A DNA stretch of 63,698 bases, filler included, from Intoshia linei (Eukaryota > Animalia > Orthonectida), in assembly GCA_001642005.1 (NCBI GenBank). It is 7 parts of 7 records of this genome, joined end to end, with 100 filler letters (N's around TTAATTAATTAA, not from the genome) between each part and the next. Parts side by side here need not be neighbours in the genome. Positions count along the whole stretch, not along the records: positions 7,742 to 29,107 come from LWCA01000650.1; positions 29,208 to 50,754 come from LWCA01000643.1; 5 more parts are not named here. One strand, given 5' to 3'. Numbering within the stretch: position 1 is the stretch's first letter; every line of letters begins with the position of its first letter. The position numbers were made by a program, and so were the translations under genes. This document shows, one piece after another, positions 24,338 to 38,200 of the stretch. The notes beneath the pieces were generated by a model. That model saw only the letters and a program-made list of their open reading frames with translations. It ran no database searches and was not told the DNA's origin.

Positions 24338-25975
24338 ATAATAGAGAAATGCAATTTGTTTCTTATACTATCAAGTACGTTGAAAATCTGCAAATAGATC
24401 ATTGCGAAATTAACCATCTTTACTTTTTTTGTAACAAAATTAACAAAGCAAATTTAATTTACTACAACATTAGTTATTATATTGAAAATGAACCCATAAT
24501 TCTAATATATAACGGTAAAATGTTAATTATTCATAAACTATAAGTCAGAAGTGACCAACATATGACGTACCCGCCAGAGATGGCGAATTGGACCATTCAA
24601 AGTGGCGCATTACATTTTTATAGATATAATATTTAGTATATTTTATAATCGGTTTTTACCGAAATAGTTTTAATAATAATGGTTTTAATATATTGTTATT
24701 CATACTTTTATAATGTTGCAACATGTAATACATTGAAATTTACATTCATTTTTATTTTAAATTATCCATTTGTAAGTAATACTATAATTATAGCATACAT
24801 GTATATATGTACTTCAAAAATCAAATCATAAAATAGGGGTGGGCAATGCTATCCTTTTTAGCGAAGGGCTGCATTCAAAAATTCTAAATGTTTGTACAGT
24901 TTTAGTTTTTTGTAGTTGATATTTGAAAAATTCTACATAAATCAAATATTTAAATTTTCATTAAAGTTTTTCGGGAAGCACATCAACTCTGTCAATTTAC
25001 ATTATATGAATACAACTATATAATTTTAGATATATTACTAATTACTATTTCAATTTTCAGTTTTGATAGAAATGAAATGGTAAAGAACGTTCAAATTAAA
25101 GTGACGCAATCAATCAGCACTTTTGTAAAATATGATTTTAAGGTTTATATTATGTATTATTAATAATAATAATGCTATAAACTCTCGAAACATTCACATA
25201 AGACTCCAAAATCGAGAGTCTCATTATCAGGGTGTCAATTATGCTACCATCGGATCATTTGAGACTCATTATGGAAGATGCGGCAACCATTATAATATAA
25301 ATTGTTGTTTTTATAACAAGATTTGTACACATATTTTTTTTTTTAGTTTTTTATATAATTTTATGATTTATTTATGAGTGCACAATAGTGCGTATATGAA
25401 TGCCCTAATAGTATTTATGTAGATGCACAATAACTCGTATATCAGTGCACGAAAGTGTGTAATAATGACAGTGTATAATACGTAAAAATTATTTTATTAG
25501 GTTAAGACAAAATCAACAGATACAGATTTCATGTGGAATACAATATTAAACTGCTCAACATCAGAATTTGACCCTTTATTATCAGACAACTTAAAATACT
25601 CAATTATAAAGCATTTTACGAGTGAGTCATATTTTGCTATTATTTATATGTTTTTATTAAATTTAATTTCTATAATGTATAAATAATATTTATCTGTTTT
25701 TGACATTTTAAATAATATATAAATTTATGGAATTTGAACAATTTACTCAAGTTAATGTATTATAATCAATTTTCCAATTTATTTAAATGTTGATAAAATA
25801 GAATTAAATAACCAAAACATGTTTAGTAAAAGCCATTAAAGAATTTGACCACACTTTATTTTTAAAATTATATGAAATAATAAAAAAAAAATATTGTAAT
25901 TAATAGAAAATTAATTTAATTAATATTGTATAGATTTTCAAATTGACAATTCAACTAAATTGATGAAAATAATGA
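24338..25975 (+). CDS. Internal exons of an unidentified gene (partial)
   Basis: Phase-consistent AG/GT exons 24338-24374, 25061-25100, 25501-25621 (strong GTGAGT donor) and 25934-25975 give NREMQFVSYTINFDRNEMVKNVQIKVKTKSTDTDFMWNTILNCSTSEFDPLLSDNLKYSIIKHFTNFQIDNSTKLMKIM. Start and stop not established. Confidence 0.45.
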
Positions 25976-26696
25976 GTTTTTAATATTTATATACATAATA
26001 TTTATATATTTGTTATACATCAACATGTTATAAATGAGGCTGCTAGTTTTGCTGGTTCCCGCAATAGTATCTGCTGACATTACTACTATAAAATGCAATA
26101 TTATAGTTTAAACCTCAATGTTAAAATTCTTAAACTTCATTATAGCAATAACGATAAAATTCTAAATTTACAATACATGGAATTTAGATTTGAATTTAAG
26201 ATTGATGACATTTTTGGTCTGTGTTAACTGCATATGATGTATGACCATAATATTTTTTTAAATCTAAGACTATACATTTTTTAAAAAATTTAATCAAGCT
26301 TTTAATGATTAAAAATCTCTTTTTTAGGGTTGCGATTTATGATGATGCATATGATTTTAAAAACTATTCCATAATCTATGTTTAATAAAATCCTAGGAAT
26401 TTTTTAATTTTAAAAAAAATGGTAATTTGGGGATTTGATCATGAAAATGTACGTTTCTGAAACTGATATTGGCGACAACACTAAATAATTTCATTTTTTA
26501 AATTCGAGGGTTGATTTTATTTATAAACTAATGAAAAATTAAGTTTTGGACCGAGAAGAATCCAATTTCTAAAAGTTAAACTTGCATAAAAACATCAGTT
26601 TCGTAAAACTCCATTATAATTGGTGTTTTTAAAATTATAAGAATATTATTTTTTAAATAAACGGTAACACACAAGTTAATTCTATTTTACTTAATG

Positions 26697-27273
26697 CAGT
26701 GGTTCCCAAAGTGGTCCACAGGAAATTATAGGTGTTCCACAAGAAAAATTTTAAATAAAATGAAGATAACCTTTTTTAACAATAATATTAAATTGGAATT
26801 GTATCGATCATTTATTATTATTATTAGTGAACGTAAACATAATTTAATCAAAATAAACTAAAATTTTACTCAATAACGTGAATATTTTTCACGTGCGTTA
26901 AATTTAATCTATGTAATGATTTAACTTAGTTCGATTGTAGCTTCCGGAATCGAACCTAGCAAGCCCGTTGCCACTTCAAAAATGAAAAATAGCCCATTAA
27001 AAATTTTTTTAAATGAATTATAATGTCATATAACCCCATCCACCTTTCTAAGACTCTTGAGTTGACATTTTAAATTTAACAGTCAAATTAGTTGATATTC
27101 AAGAATTTTTTTACTTACGCCATTAAAGCTACCTTGTCATTAATATAAAATTTTCGATTTAAGGAAGAATATATAATAAAAAAATCAAAATATTACCTTA
27201 GTGACGTGTTCAGGACTAAAGGAATTTAATTTGTGACAAGTGGTCTATAATGGAAAAAATTTAGGAACCACTG
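26697..27273. mobile_element. hAT-type MITE (577 bp)
   Basis: TIRs cagtggttcccaaa / ttaggaaccactg; perfect 8-bp TSD ACTTAATG at 26689-26696 and 27274-27281. Confidence 0.9.
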
Positions 27274-28824
27274 ACTTAATGTAAGTGACTGCTTATTTAC
27301 CCAAAAGTTACAATGTTGCCGAATAAATAATTTTTATTACTCAAAACTCTTATTAAATTGACGATTTTTTGAAAAGACTTTTCCAATTGAAACTTCCGTC
27401 AATGATGAACAGAAGTTTAATTAATATAAATTGATGTCATTTAATATGTCATATCTAACAAAATTTTGTACTCTGGAAATTTTTCTAATGATACAGTCAG
27501 TTTTGTATAATTTCAACAGTCGGGAAAATTTAAAAAAAATTCATAGTTTATAATTTTGAACACTAACAAAATAATATTTTCCATAAAAATAAGATAGGGA
27601 ACTAAAATGACATTTATAATTAATATATTAACTTTTTTAAGCTTTAAAATTCAACTAAAATGAATAAAAAAATTGAAATAGTAATAGAAATAGAAATTTT
27701 ATAATACCCTTTATTGGTATCCTTTTGATTGTACAATCCAAAAGAAAACCTGTTATTAGAATTTATAATTGATAAACTTGTAAATACAAATTAAAAGTTT
27801 ACTTTAACTCTTAAAATAGTATATTACATGTACATTTTTTCGACAAAAAAAAAATCTAAAGAAAAATTACTTTTTGTAGTAACTGTTGACCTCTAAAAAA
27901 TATGAAATACAAGTTAATGAAAAGGTTAACGTGAACTATTTTTTTTTTTTATGTTATCATTTATTTCAATAACTACGAATCCTACAATTGTATAATTATA
28001 ACAAATACTAATGCCTTTAATAATTGTATTATTAATTATAATTTAGTTTATCAGAAATATAAATTTTATGGAAATATCAGTTTATCTTTGGGAACACAAA
28101 AAGAGTCTTACATAATTAATAAATTTTTTAATATTATTATCAAGACACTGTCGATAAGATGCTCCAATTTGAAAAGTTTAAGACAATTATTACTGCGGAA
28201 AAATTGAAAAAGTTTAATGATTTTTATATTTTACATTTATTGTTTTTAGAATATTTGACGTCAATTCATCTAACGATATTCTAATAACGATTATGATGTT
28301 ATTACCAAAGGAAAGACAAATTTTTGGTTAGTTTTATAATTTTATCTTTATAGTGTAACCTAGATTGACTGTTATGTGCTTCGTACTAACAGCAGATAGC
28401 TCTTCTATTGCATTTGCTCTGGTATTTATTACACCATATGATGTGGTGTAATAAAATGTGGTCCACATGTCATTTTTGCACTAATGCATTCAATCACTTT
28501 AATGTATTAAGGCTAAATTACAGAAGAAATTAGAAGCCAATAAATTTTGTACAGCTTTTGTAATATTAAAATTCGTCGACAATATTATTATATATCGCAC
28601 TGATTACTGATTACTTTAATTGATTATGAACAACTTCATAAATAATATGAATCTTAAAAAAAATATTATTATTAATACCTGTTGTACCTAAGAGTAATTT
28701 AATGAAATCAAAATTGAATAAATCTCAGTATCTTATAGTAAAATAATTATACATCAGTTATCGAAATAATTTGATTTTATATTTTTATTGATGTAGATCA
28801 ATTTTGTATAAATTTTTACTAATA

Positions 28825-29107
28825 CAGACCCGTGGAAAAGTTTTAGCCACCCCCTTTAAACGGCTATATTAAGATAACTATATGTCGAATCTTCTTAAAA
28901 TTTTGTTCTTAAAAAAGTGATTAAAATTCATAGATAATTATGTGCCGATTAACAAAATATGTAAAATGTACATTGAAACGATGGAAACAAAAAATTGTTA
29001 AAATATGACCGTGCAAAAGTTTTAGGCACTTCTAAATAAAATGCAACATTTTTGAAGAAAAATTAAAAAAGAAATTTATTATTGTTAATATCTGGTATTA
29101 CCACCAT
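28825..29107 (-). mobile_element. Right end of a Tc1-like transposon (IR/DR type), truncated by the linker
   Basis: TA|cagacccgtggaaaagttttagccac terminus, inner direct repeat gaccgtgcaaaagttttaggcac at 29007-29029, and a minus-strand frame ending GGNTRY* (stop 29085-29087; typical Tc1 transposase GGxTxY end) followed by AATAAA. Confidence 0.8.
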
Positions 29108-29747
29108 NNNNNNNNNNNNNNNNNNNNNNNNNNNNNNNNNNNNNNNNNNNNTTAATTAATTAANNNNNNNNNNNNNNNNNNNNNNNNNNNNNNNNNNNNN
29201 NNNNNNNTTGTAGTAGCATATTTTACATTTAAATACATAAATTTATTTTTTATATCTTATAATATTTACTATTTTTTTCACATTAACAATGATACCATTT
29301 TCATGTCAAAAATACGTATTTAATAGTCATTTTACCTTATTTAAATATCATTTAAATGTATATAGGTATAAAAACATGAACAATAATAAAGTTCTTCTGT
29401 CATGTTTTTAAAAAAGGTTTAAAAAAAATAGGCGAAGNAAATTACAAAACTAGATAAAATTTAATCGGTAATTGTGTTCTAAATTACATTTCGAACGCTC
29501 AGTAAAATATACTTTTGTTAATTCAACGGAAAATTTAAAAAGTGGACACCCTAATGTATAATATACATTGTATATGGGTCCTACAATTTTTATTAAACTC
29601 AGGTTAACTGTTGGCTCTCCATGGTTCAGATTTAAGTACGAAAATTATAAACAATTAATTAATTTTTAAGGATTATTAGGGAACGTTGTTTACCAATTAT
29701 GAAGATATTTAATGGACAATGACGTTATTGAATAATTATTATAATTA

Positions 29748-30647
29748 CACTGTGCAACAAAATGAAACTTTTTTTCAAGGATTTTAAAAAAAAATTCAGT
29801 ACTTTCTCTCATACATGGTACAAAATTACTGAAATTTTTAGACAAATCTATCGTGCACAATAGAAAATACAGCCATTCTTATGTTGTCTTGTATTGGTTT
29901 AACAGTAACTAATAGATAAGTGCGTATTCAATGATTTGTCTGTAAAATTGTGAATTTTTAAACGATTTCAATATATTTGATATTCATTCTATTCAGTTTT
30001 CTCTATAAATTCAATGAAGCTATCAGATTTGAAATATCAGACCTTTTTATGAACAATTTAAATAAAATAATATTTAAAATTTTTAACTTATTTCATTGAT
30101 GGTTATATTACAATTATAGAAGTCGCGGATTTCAAAAAACTAAAGTGTATACGAAAGATTAATAATTTAAGAATATAATTTGAGAAGACCTTTCTTATTC
30201 ATCGTGCAGCTATTTTTTAATTAAACAATTAATACAACGAAAAAAATTTATTTATTTACGTTTCATGTATTTCCACCACCACATATAGTCGACAGCATGT
30301 TAACACAATTTAAAAACTTAAAATAAAACAATATTTTTCTTTTCTGAATTACATCAACATTCTTTAAAATCAGTTAACATTTTGAAAATATAAATTTCTC
30401 AATAATGTAAATTTTAACCATCTATGTATTGCGTTTTAATCTAAATCCAGTCACTAAGACTGTATATGAGTATTTGAGAAGTTGATATAGAAATAATAAA
30501 TTAATATTTTATGAATGAACAAATTAAAATGTTAATAACACTTGAACTACACGGTGTATTTGATTTAAATTTTGTACATCGTCTAATAGTTAGTCTGAAT
30601 AATTTGACAAATTTTGTTGAAAATCCTTTTTGAAGTGTTGCACAGTA
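29748..30647. mobile_element. Degenerate TIR element, possibly Tc1-like (~900 bp)
   Basis: Inverted termini cactgtgcaaca / tgttgcacagta with subterminal aaggatttt / aaaatcctt; TA on the left side only. Confidence 0.45.
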
Positions 30648-31238
30648 TTATTATATTATTCAATATTATTGTTTATTTTACCTTATAATTATGATACATG
30701 TGTCACACACATGATGTGTGTATTGTATTTATTATCAATATTGATTCAACATGTTAATACGCCTGAACACCCAAAACGTATCATATTTTTATACAAAATT
30801 GGGTTGTTGTCGAGCGTGGTAATTTGAGTAATAATTTTGGTGGAACTACCCTTTTTCATAAAAAAATTAAAATCTTAGTTTGGTTATTGAAATAGTCAAT
30901 TTACTCTGATTGAAGAATCAACCATACCCCATTTGAGAACCATATCTGTACGTGTACATAAAATTTAAAATAAAACGTGTAGATTAATGAATTTTAAGAT
31001 TGATGATTTTTTTCATGAACTATTTAATTTTTAATATATACATTGACAAGTAAATTTAATTAAAATATTTGTTATTTATTTTAATTTAATTGAATAAATG
31101 TACTCGATAGATAGTACTTACATGATAATTGATTAATGTATAATTATATATCAAACAAGGTTGTTATTTTACTTAAAAATCAATACGTAACAGCGAAAAA
31201 CATTACATTTCAATCAAAAAATTCAAAATAATATTTAC

Positions 31239-33449
31239 TTCTAAAGGATATTTGAGATTGACTGGCACTGGTATCCTAACAAAATCTGATAAGATTATTG
31301 CAATAGTATATGTGGACATGTATGGAGTTGTATCAAAGTAATCAATAACGATGTCTTTATATGGTGAATCTACTGAGTGAATCAATTTTCCATTAGACAA
31401 AGCAGTGTAATCTAAAGTATACAAGAAAAATTAAAATACATAATATCAAAAATAAGACGTATAATCTAGATCCCCAAATTTGGAGGTATTAAGCATAAAC
31501 ATGCATTTTTTTCATATACCCTCACATAAAATACAATATAATATGGTATAATCTAATGGAAATGATAAATTCTACACATATGCCTCTGTAGCGGCATCGT
31601 GAAAGAATAAAATCGAGTTCATATTAACTATGAGCGGTGCCTTGTTTAGTATGCGTCAATCTAAGCTTTTTACACTAAATCCATTGAATTAAATTTTGTT
31701 TCACAACCATTGAATCCATTGTTATTGCAAAGTGGTCCGATTAATGTTTAGCTACCGTATATCAGTATTTCCTAACAGTGGGACTAGGCCCACTCGTACG
31801 GCCTGATGAAATTTTAGATAGGGCATCGCAAATTTGGTGTAGCCTTATTATTAATTCATTAAAACTGTTAGCTTAATAATGGTTTGATTAAAGATTTTTT
31901 GATTTTGGCCCGCCAAGAAAATTGGGTCTGACACCCCTGATCTTGAAAGATTTAATTTATGAAAATATATATAATATATAATTATATTAGATTAAACCCA
32001 TTAGTGACAAACACCCACATCAGATTCATTTATTTTGTTTTCATGATTATTTATAGACTTTATTCCATAAAGTTATTGCCTTAGCATTTTTAATTTCAAA
32101 AGCTAATTTTGTAAATTTTAAACCCTTAAACCCTTAAATCCCATGTCCACAAATTTGTTTATCCGTCATCCTCTAGACTATATGAACAATATTTGGGTTT
32201 CGTGAAAAATTTAGAGCCATGAAATTCGTGTACTTTAGGACAACCATAACACGTTTAATTACCCTATCAAAGGAAAATAAATTTACATGTATTAGCCACT
32301 CAGGTTTAGATTTTAACCTTATACCATAGATTACATACCGAAATCGAAAATTCTAAATTAAAACTAAATTTTCCCAGGTTTTATCTTAAAGATGAACAAA
32401 TCATATAGATAATTAACTATATGCGAGCGTTTTTATGATACATATATGTCATTTAATTTTTTCAAATTTATCCTTTTTTATAAATTACTTTTATGATGAG
32501 AGATTGTAATATTAAAAAAAGCTTTATAGGACGGTTCATCAAAACACGGAAAAACTTTTCGTGCAAAATTGGGTTCCATTTGAGTAGTCACAATGCTTCT
32601 AATTGAATAAATAAAAAAAAATTAAAAAACTTACTTAATTTTTGAACTCGGTCCGCGATATCGAATAATATGCATTCCGTTATACTGCAACTTATTAATA
32701 ATGGCTAAATAAGAGGGAAATTCAATAGTGCAAAAAGAATCTGCCTTAATAAAGTTTTTTAAATGAATAACTAGTAAACTTTGGTCGTCATTTGAAAGAT
32801 GGAAATAATTGTCAGACTTAGAGAGAGATGATGATGAGTAAGTGACATGCAATGTTTGGGTAAAATTATATAAACCGTCTGAATATTCATTATAAGAAAA
32901 TGTAGATTTGGTGGGATACGAACATGTAATAATCATGTCCCTATATGAACCATATAGTGAATCTGAGAAATTTATAGCTATATCATTTACGAAATCCAAT
33001 TCTCCACAATGCATATTAATTTGACGAAAATCCTTTATAACGTGTAGATGTAAAGTAACCATCCCTATTAAATAGTTTGGATCAGTTTTGTAATCATTCA
33101 CCGATTCCATGTGCGTCCCAACATTGATATGAAAATTCAAATCATATTTGATAGTTTTTATATATTTTTGAGCATTTAATCGTAAATGTGACATTTTATT
33201 ATTGTACAGCCCATTTACTGCAATATCAGCATGGTTTAAACTGAGAAAAACGGCTATTGTGACAATTAAAGCAATGATTAATATCACACCAAAAATTGAT
33301 ATATACATGTATCTGTTTCCTCTTCGAAAGTATACTTTAGAACTGCAATGTCTTCGGTTCGAGGTACTGGGTTCGTTGGTTTGATGGTTTTTATAATATT
33401 TTGAATCCCTTTCCAATTCAATCATTTCACCGCTATCGTCTTGTGACAT
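31239..33449 (-). CDS. M1-family (aminopeptidase N/ERAP-like) type II membrane metallopeptidase, N-terminal part only
   Basis: Phase-consistent exons 33449-32635, 32598-32489 and 31411-31239. Cytoplasmic tail + TM helix ([25 protein letters not shown]), [58 protein letters not shown]/HExxH exons not found in the window. Confidence 0.88.
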
Positions 33450-35253
33450 TTCGGTAAATCAAGGAAAGTATAAATAGACAAGTTGAATATAAATTTGAAT
33501 GTATGCAGATGTAATTTTGGTTTAGATAATTGATTAATTGGCTATAACAGATAGCATCACTGGTGTTATAAAGATAATAAAACTGAAGTAATATCCGATT
33601 ACAAATAATAACTATCTTGTCTTTGATTATATTGGTATTTTTAATAAATTAATAGTAATGATTGCACAAGTAGAGTGGAGCCAAACTGATACTTTATATG
33701 TCGTTGAAATAATTTAAAAATTAATCAGCAATTTGACCCATTTAAATAATCAATACTTTTAATTAAGGGCTGTAATGAGATCCACTTTTTATGGTTAGTA
33801 ATAAATCCAATTAGACATAATGTACATTTATATATTTGTATTAGATTTCACGGCATGAGGAATTGTCTTTAATAATATTGCACTAATTCAATTCTTTAAA
33901 TAATTTTAATTGAGTATAGACAATAGTATTTTCATAATACACATCAAATTACAATAGGTCAATTTCATTTTTTAACCTTATAACTATAGAGAAAACTAAT
34001 CAACAAGTTGAGTGTTTAGATTTAAGTCTTTGTACACAGACGTACAATGACTACTTTAATAGTTTCGTCATTCTTACGACAGAATAATATAATGTTTAGA
34101 TTCCAAGATGAATAGGTTACATTTATTTGATCGCCAAGTGTATCATGGAATTTAAGATAAAGTGGTTTGTCGTTAAATATGTAAAAAATATTTTTTATCC
34201 ATTTTATTGTTTAATTTTTTCGATGTTGATCTTCGATTTTTAGTAATACATTAAATTAGTAGTAATTAAATCGATTTTTATGCTTTACATTAATGTTACA
34301 TTTATGTTAAGTTTGTAATTATCATAATGTAAATAACGCGCATCTTGAAAAGATGTCAAGTTAAACTGAAACTGTCTGAAAAGTCTAAATAGAATTTTGG
34401 ATATGATAAAAATCTGTTGCGAATATTTTATTTTCATTGATAGAATCTGTTTTCCAATCTTTTTATAAGTCTGACTCCACTTTCAGCTTCAAAAAAATAG
34501 GGGACCCAGATATTTAAATCAGATATAGTGGTTATTTTATTACCCTAGTCAAATTCATACTTCAGTGATTTAAAATAATCTAACTCTTCATTGGTGTTGT
34601 AGGAACGTTTCATTTTTATAGACCACCGTGTTTCATTGCCTCATTTGTCAATTTGTGTCTTACATAATAAACAAAACGTTGATCTTTTATTTATGCAAGG
34701 TATGAATGAAAAGTTCAAAATATATTTGAAACTTTACAAGAAATATTAATTCATACAAGGTTATGAAAATACCGAGTTTAATAAGAAAAATTAATGATTC
34801 ACAATTCTTAGACCTATTTGTAGTGAGGCCTCATGTAACGGTTGTAAACTACGATTCTAAAGGTAGAAATGCTATACACCATTGTACTTGTCAAGTAAAA
34901 TCCCTGTTAAAGTTTGATTACAGGAAGTTGAACAGTCAGTGAAGTTGTCGATTTCTGAGATTTAAATATTTTAATAACAAATTGTAAATACAGTAAGTAG
35001 TAAGTAATGTAGTAAGGAAAAAATGTCTTCAAAATGTATATTAAATTTCTAGAACTTAAATAAAATTTTTTTTAAATAAAACCTAAGACTTTAATATCCA
35101 AACACTACGGAAATTTTTAAAGTATTGTGGTTGCGTCAGTCTAACGCTTAGACAGTAAAATTTAAAAGTTTCTCATATATTAAACTAATTACGTTTGAAC
35201 TGAAAACCCACTACTAGTAAAAACATGATTATAATACAACATTTTTATTATTA

Positions 35254-38200
35254 TTAAATTGAAGTATATATTATTTGATAAAAAACATTTTTCCCACATT
35301 TGAGACTTATGTATTCATCATACAATTTGATATTTCCTTTAGTATAAACAAGAAACAGTGAATTATCTGTTGGTTGATAAGTACTGATCTAAAAATAATG
35401 AATATATAATAATAATATAATATTATGATATTTTATACCTTCCTTTATTTATATTATCAGTTTAGTAAATTAATGAAGGTGAAAATTATCATTATTAATA
35501 CCGATTCACGATCCGAACACGAATTTCGAATCATATTAACCATATTAAGGAGATTTTAAAAGTGTGTTGTGCCACTGTTAGTGTTCAAAATAAATGTAAC
35601 CTTTATCCCGCTACTCGCGGTTGCAGATAAACATACTTTACATATATATGCTAAATAAGAAACCTATAGAAAATTTCACTCGTTGAGGTCTAAAGCGAAG
35701 TTACCACACGTTAAATTTGGAAAATTGGAGGTTCTCGACAAAAATGAAAATTAAAATGTATTATTCATAAATATATATAAATGTAGATTAAACTCAAAGA
35801 ACATGATTCTTTTATTTTTTATACAATTGACGACTCATTGGAGTTGTTGAACGTTTTGCAAGATCAATTGCATCATATCTAATTACTTATGTAAAAATGT
35901 CGAAAAGGTTGGTTGATTTTACCCCACAGATTGGTTTGTTTTAACTATCACAAACATACATTTATTTCAAGATAATGGTGTTTCATCAACATCATTATAA
36001 TTCCAAGTCGTTATGAAGACTTTTCGATCACAAACAGTCATAATATTTACTCTTTCTATCATATCAGATTACCTTTTATTATCAAATTTTATTTTAATTT
36101 TCTTCGTCGATGTCGTTTATAAGAAATAAATAAATAAAAATAGCTCAGAAATACGAATATAGAACGTGCAAATCATGTAAAATAAATTGTTTAATACTAA
36201 ATTAAATTACTCATAATAATAAAATCTTACTTAAAAACATCCATTGTTCCATTTTGGGAACATTAGTTTTTATTGTAACCATTACAACAAGGGTCGGCAA
36301 CCTTTTCCATCTCGTGAACGACTTTTTTATACCAAAAAATTCTATGGGTCCCGTTTTTGATAATTTACACAAGATACATTTCAATTTTAACTGAAGTGAA
36401 ACAGTTCTAATATATTCATCAAAATAAAATCCAGGGCGATCTGAAAATTAAGTATTAAAATAATTACAATAAGCCAATTATAGTTAAAAATGTTTAAACG
36501 GTGTTTAAAACTTGAAAAATAAATAATGTACATATTTACTCAAAGGTTCACCAAAATTATTCTGTGGGCAACTGGTTGCCGATACCTGCATTACAGTAAT
36601 TTAATATAATCGTATTATATTAAAATGATTTTATTATCAATTTGATGTAAAATATTTAGTGACCGAGCCGAATTTCTACTCAAAAAACAAAAGCATTAAA
36701 TTTGAAATTGAAAATGGGACAAAAAATCTATTAATATTCATGATTTTCTGAAACATGAACCAATGGATATAAAATATTCATTTTTCGCAGGGGTGATAAA
36801 TAATAATACAGATTTTTTATTGATCTGATAAAATATATAGCAAACAATTAACAATACCTGACAAACATGTTGCATTTTAGTAACATTGACGGGATAAAGG
36901 TCAATGAAATCCAATATTAATATATAAATTAATACCTGTTTTCCAGATTTATCTAATAAATATTTATTTCCGCCCCATTCAGTTTTCCATTCATCTAAAA
37001 TAATTAAAAACATAATTAATACTACTATATTATTTTTAGTTCAATAGCCCAAAAGACACAAAATAATTTAAATAAATCTATTACACGTCTATCCTGCTAT
37101 AAAAATTTCAATAAAAAATATGAAAAGGATGAGTACACTATAAAATAAGGTTTAAAATAAAAATCCAATTTTTAAAAATTAACTTTTATTAATCTGATAG
37201 GTAACAATTTCGTTAATCAGTCAATATTATTATAATACAATTACTGTCAACTACCTTTCGCAATGTAAAGATAAGCATATATCATTGAATTATCAGATTT
37301 AGAAAACGCATTTGCTAATGAATAACATCCTTCATTCCACCTTGAAATATGTTCTTTGAACGTACTATAATAACATTGATAAAAATAAATACATGTAAAA
37401 GAATATCAAAACAATAAAAAATAAAAAAAATACCATTCATCATTTACAATTTTAAAATAAACATGTTCTAGGAAATTCATCAATGTATTTTGAAATTTTT
37501 GACACATTTGATTGCGTAAAATATGGTAATATCTAAAATTAATTGCAATAATTAACTCTAAAAAAAACAAAGCATATAATCAAAAAATGGTCGAGTATAT
37601 GCAAACTGAAAAATACAAAATTTTTACGTCTCATTTCTGTCGTTGAAAATTAAATTTGAATTGTAAAAATAAATTACGAAGCATCCATAGGCCCACAAAT
37701 GTGCCAATCAGTTTCATCTACGCTTTCAAAAAATTTGTGAGTCTGCTCTAAAACTATAGGCTAAAATAGAATAATTAGTAATATCCATAAATTGGAATAA
37801 GTAATACATAATAATGTATGTACCTTAGAATCTTAAATAACACATGTTTATCTAATTAAATCGAAACGAATTCAAAAATATCAGATTCATTCAATACAAA
37901 AGCCAATCATTAAACTTTTTATGTACATTTATGTATTTGTAAATTTAGTTAAACTTACACTTAGAAAATCCTTCAACTCAATAGCACTCTCTGCTTGAAG
38001 AGATTTGCAAATGGCTCTTAATGTTTGTTGAGAATTATACACAGGTGAAATAACAGTTGAATTTTGCAACAAAGCGTCCATATCACACAATGTGAGTTGC
38101 TCCCTATACATAAACCAACCATTAATTGTTAAACGCTTAGAATTAGTTAAAATTTCACTCACCTAAATATAAAATTAGTATTTTAAAATATTTTATGTTT

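Noticed and set aside
26925-26985. tRNA B-box-like GGTTCGATTCC on the minus strand
   Set aside because: No cloverleaf, the putative A box is too close, and it lies inside a hAT MITE.
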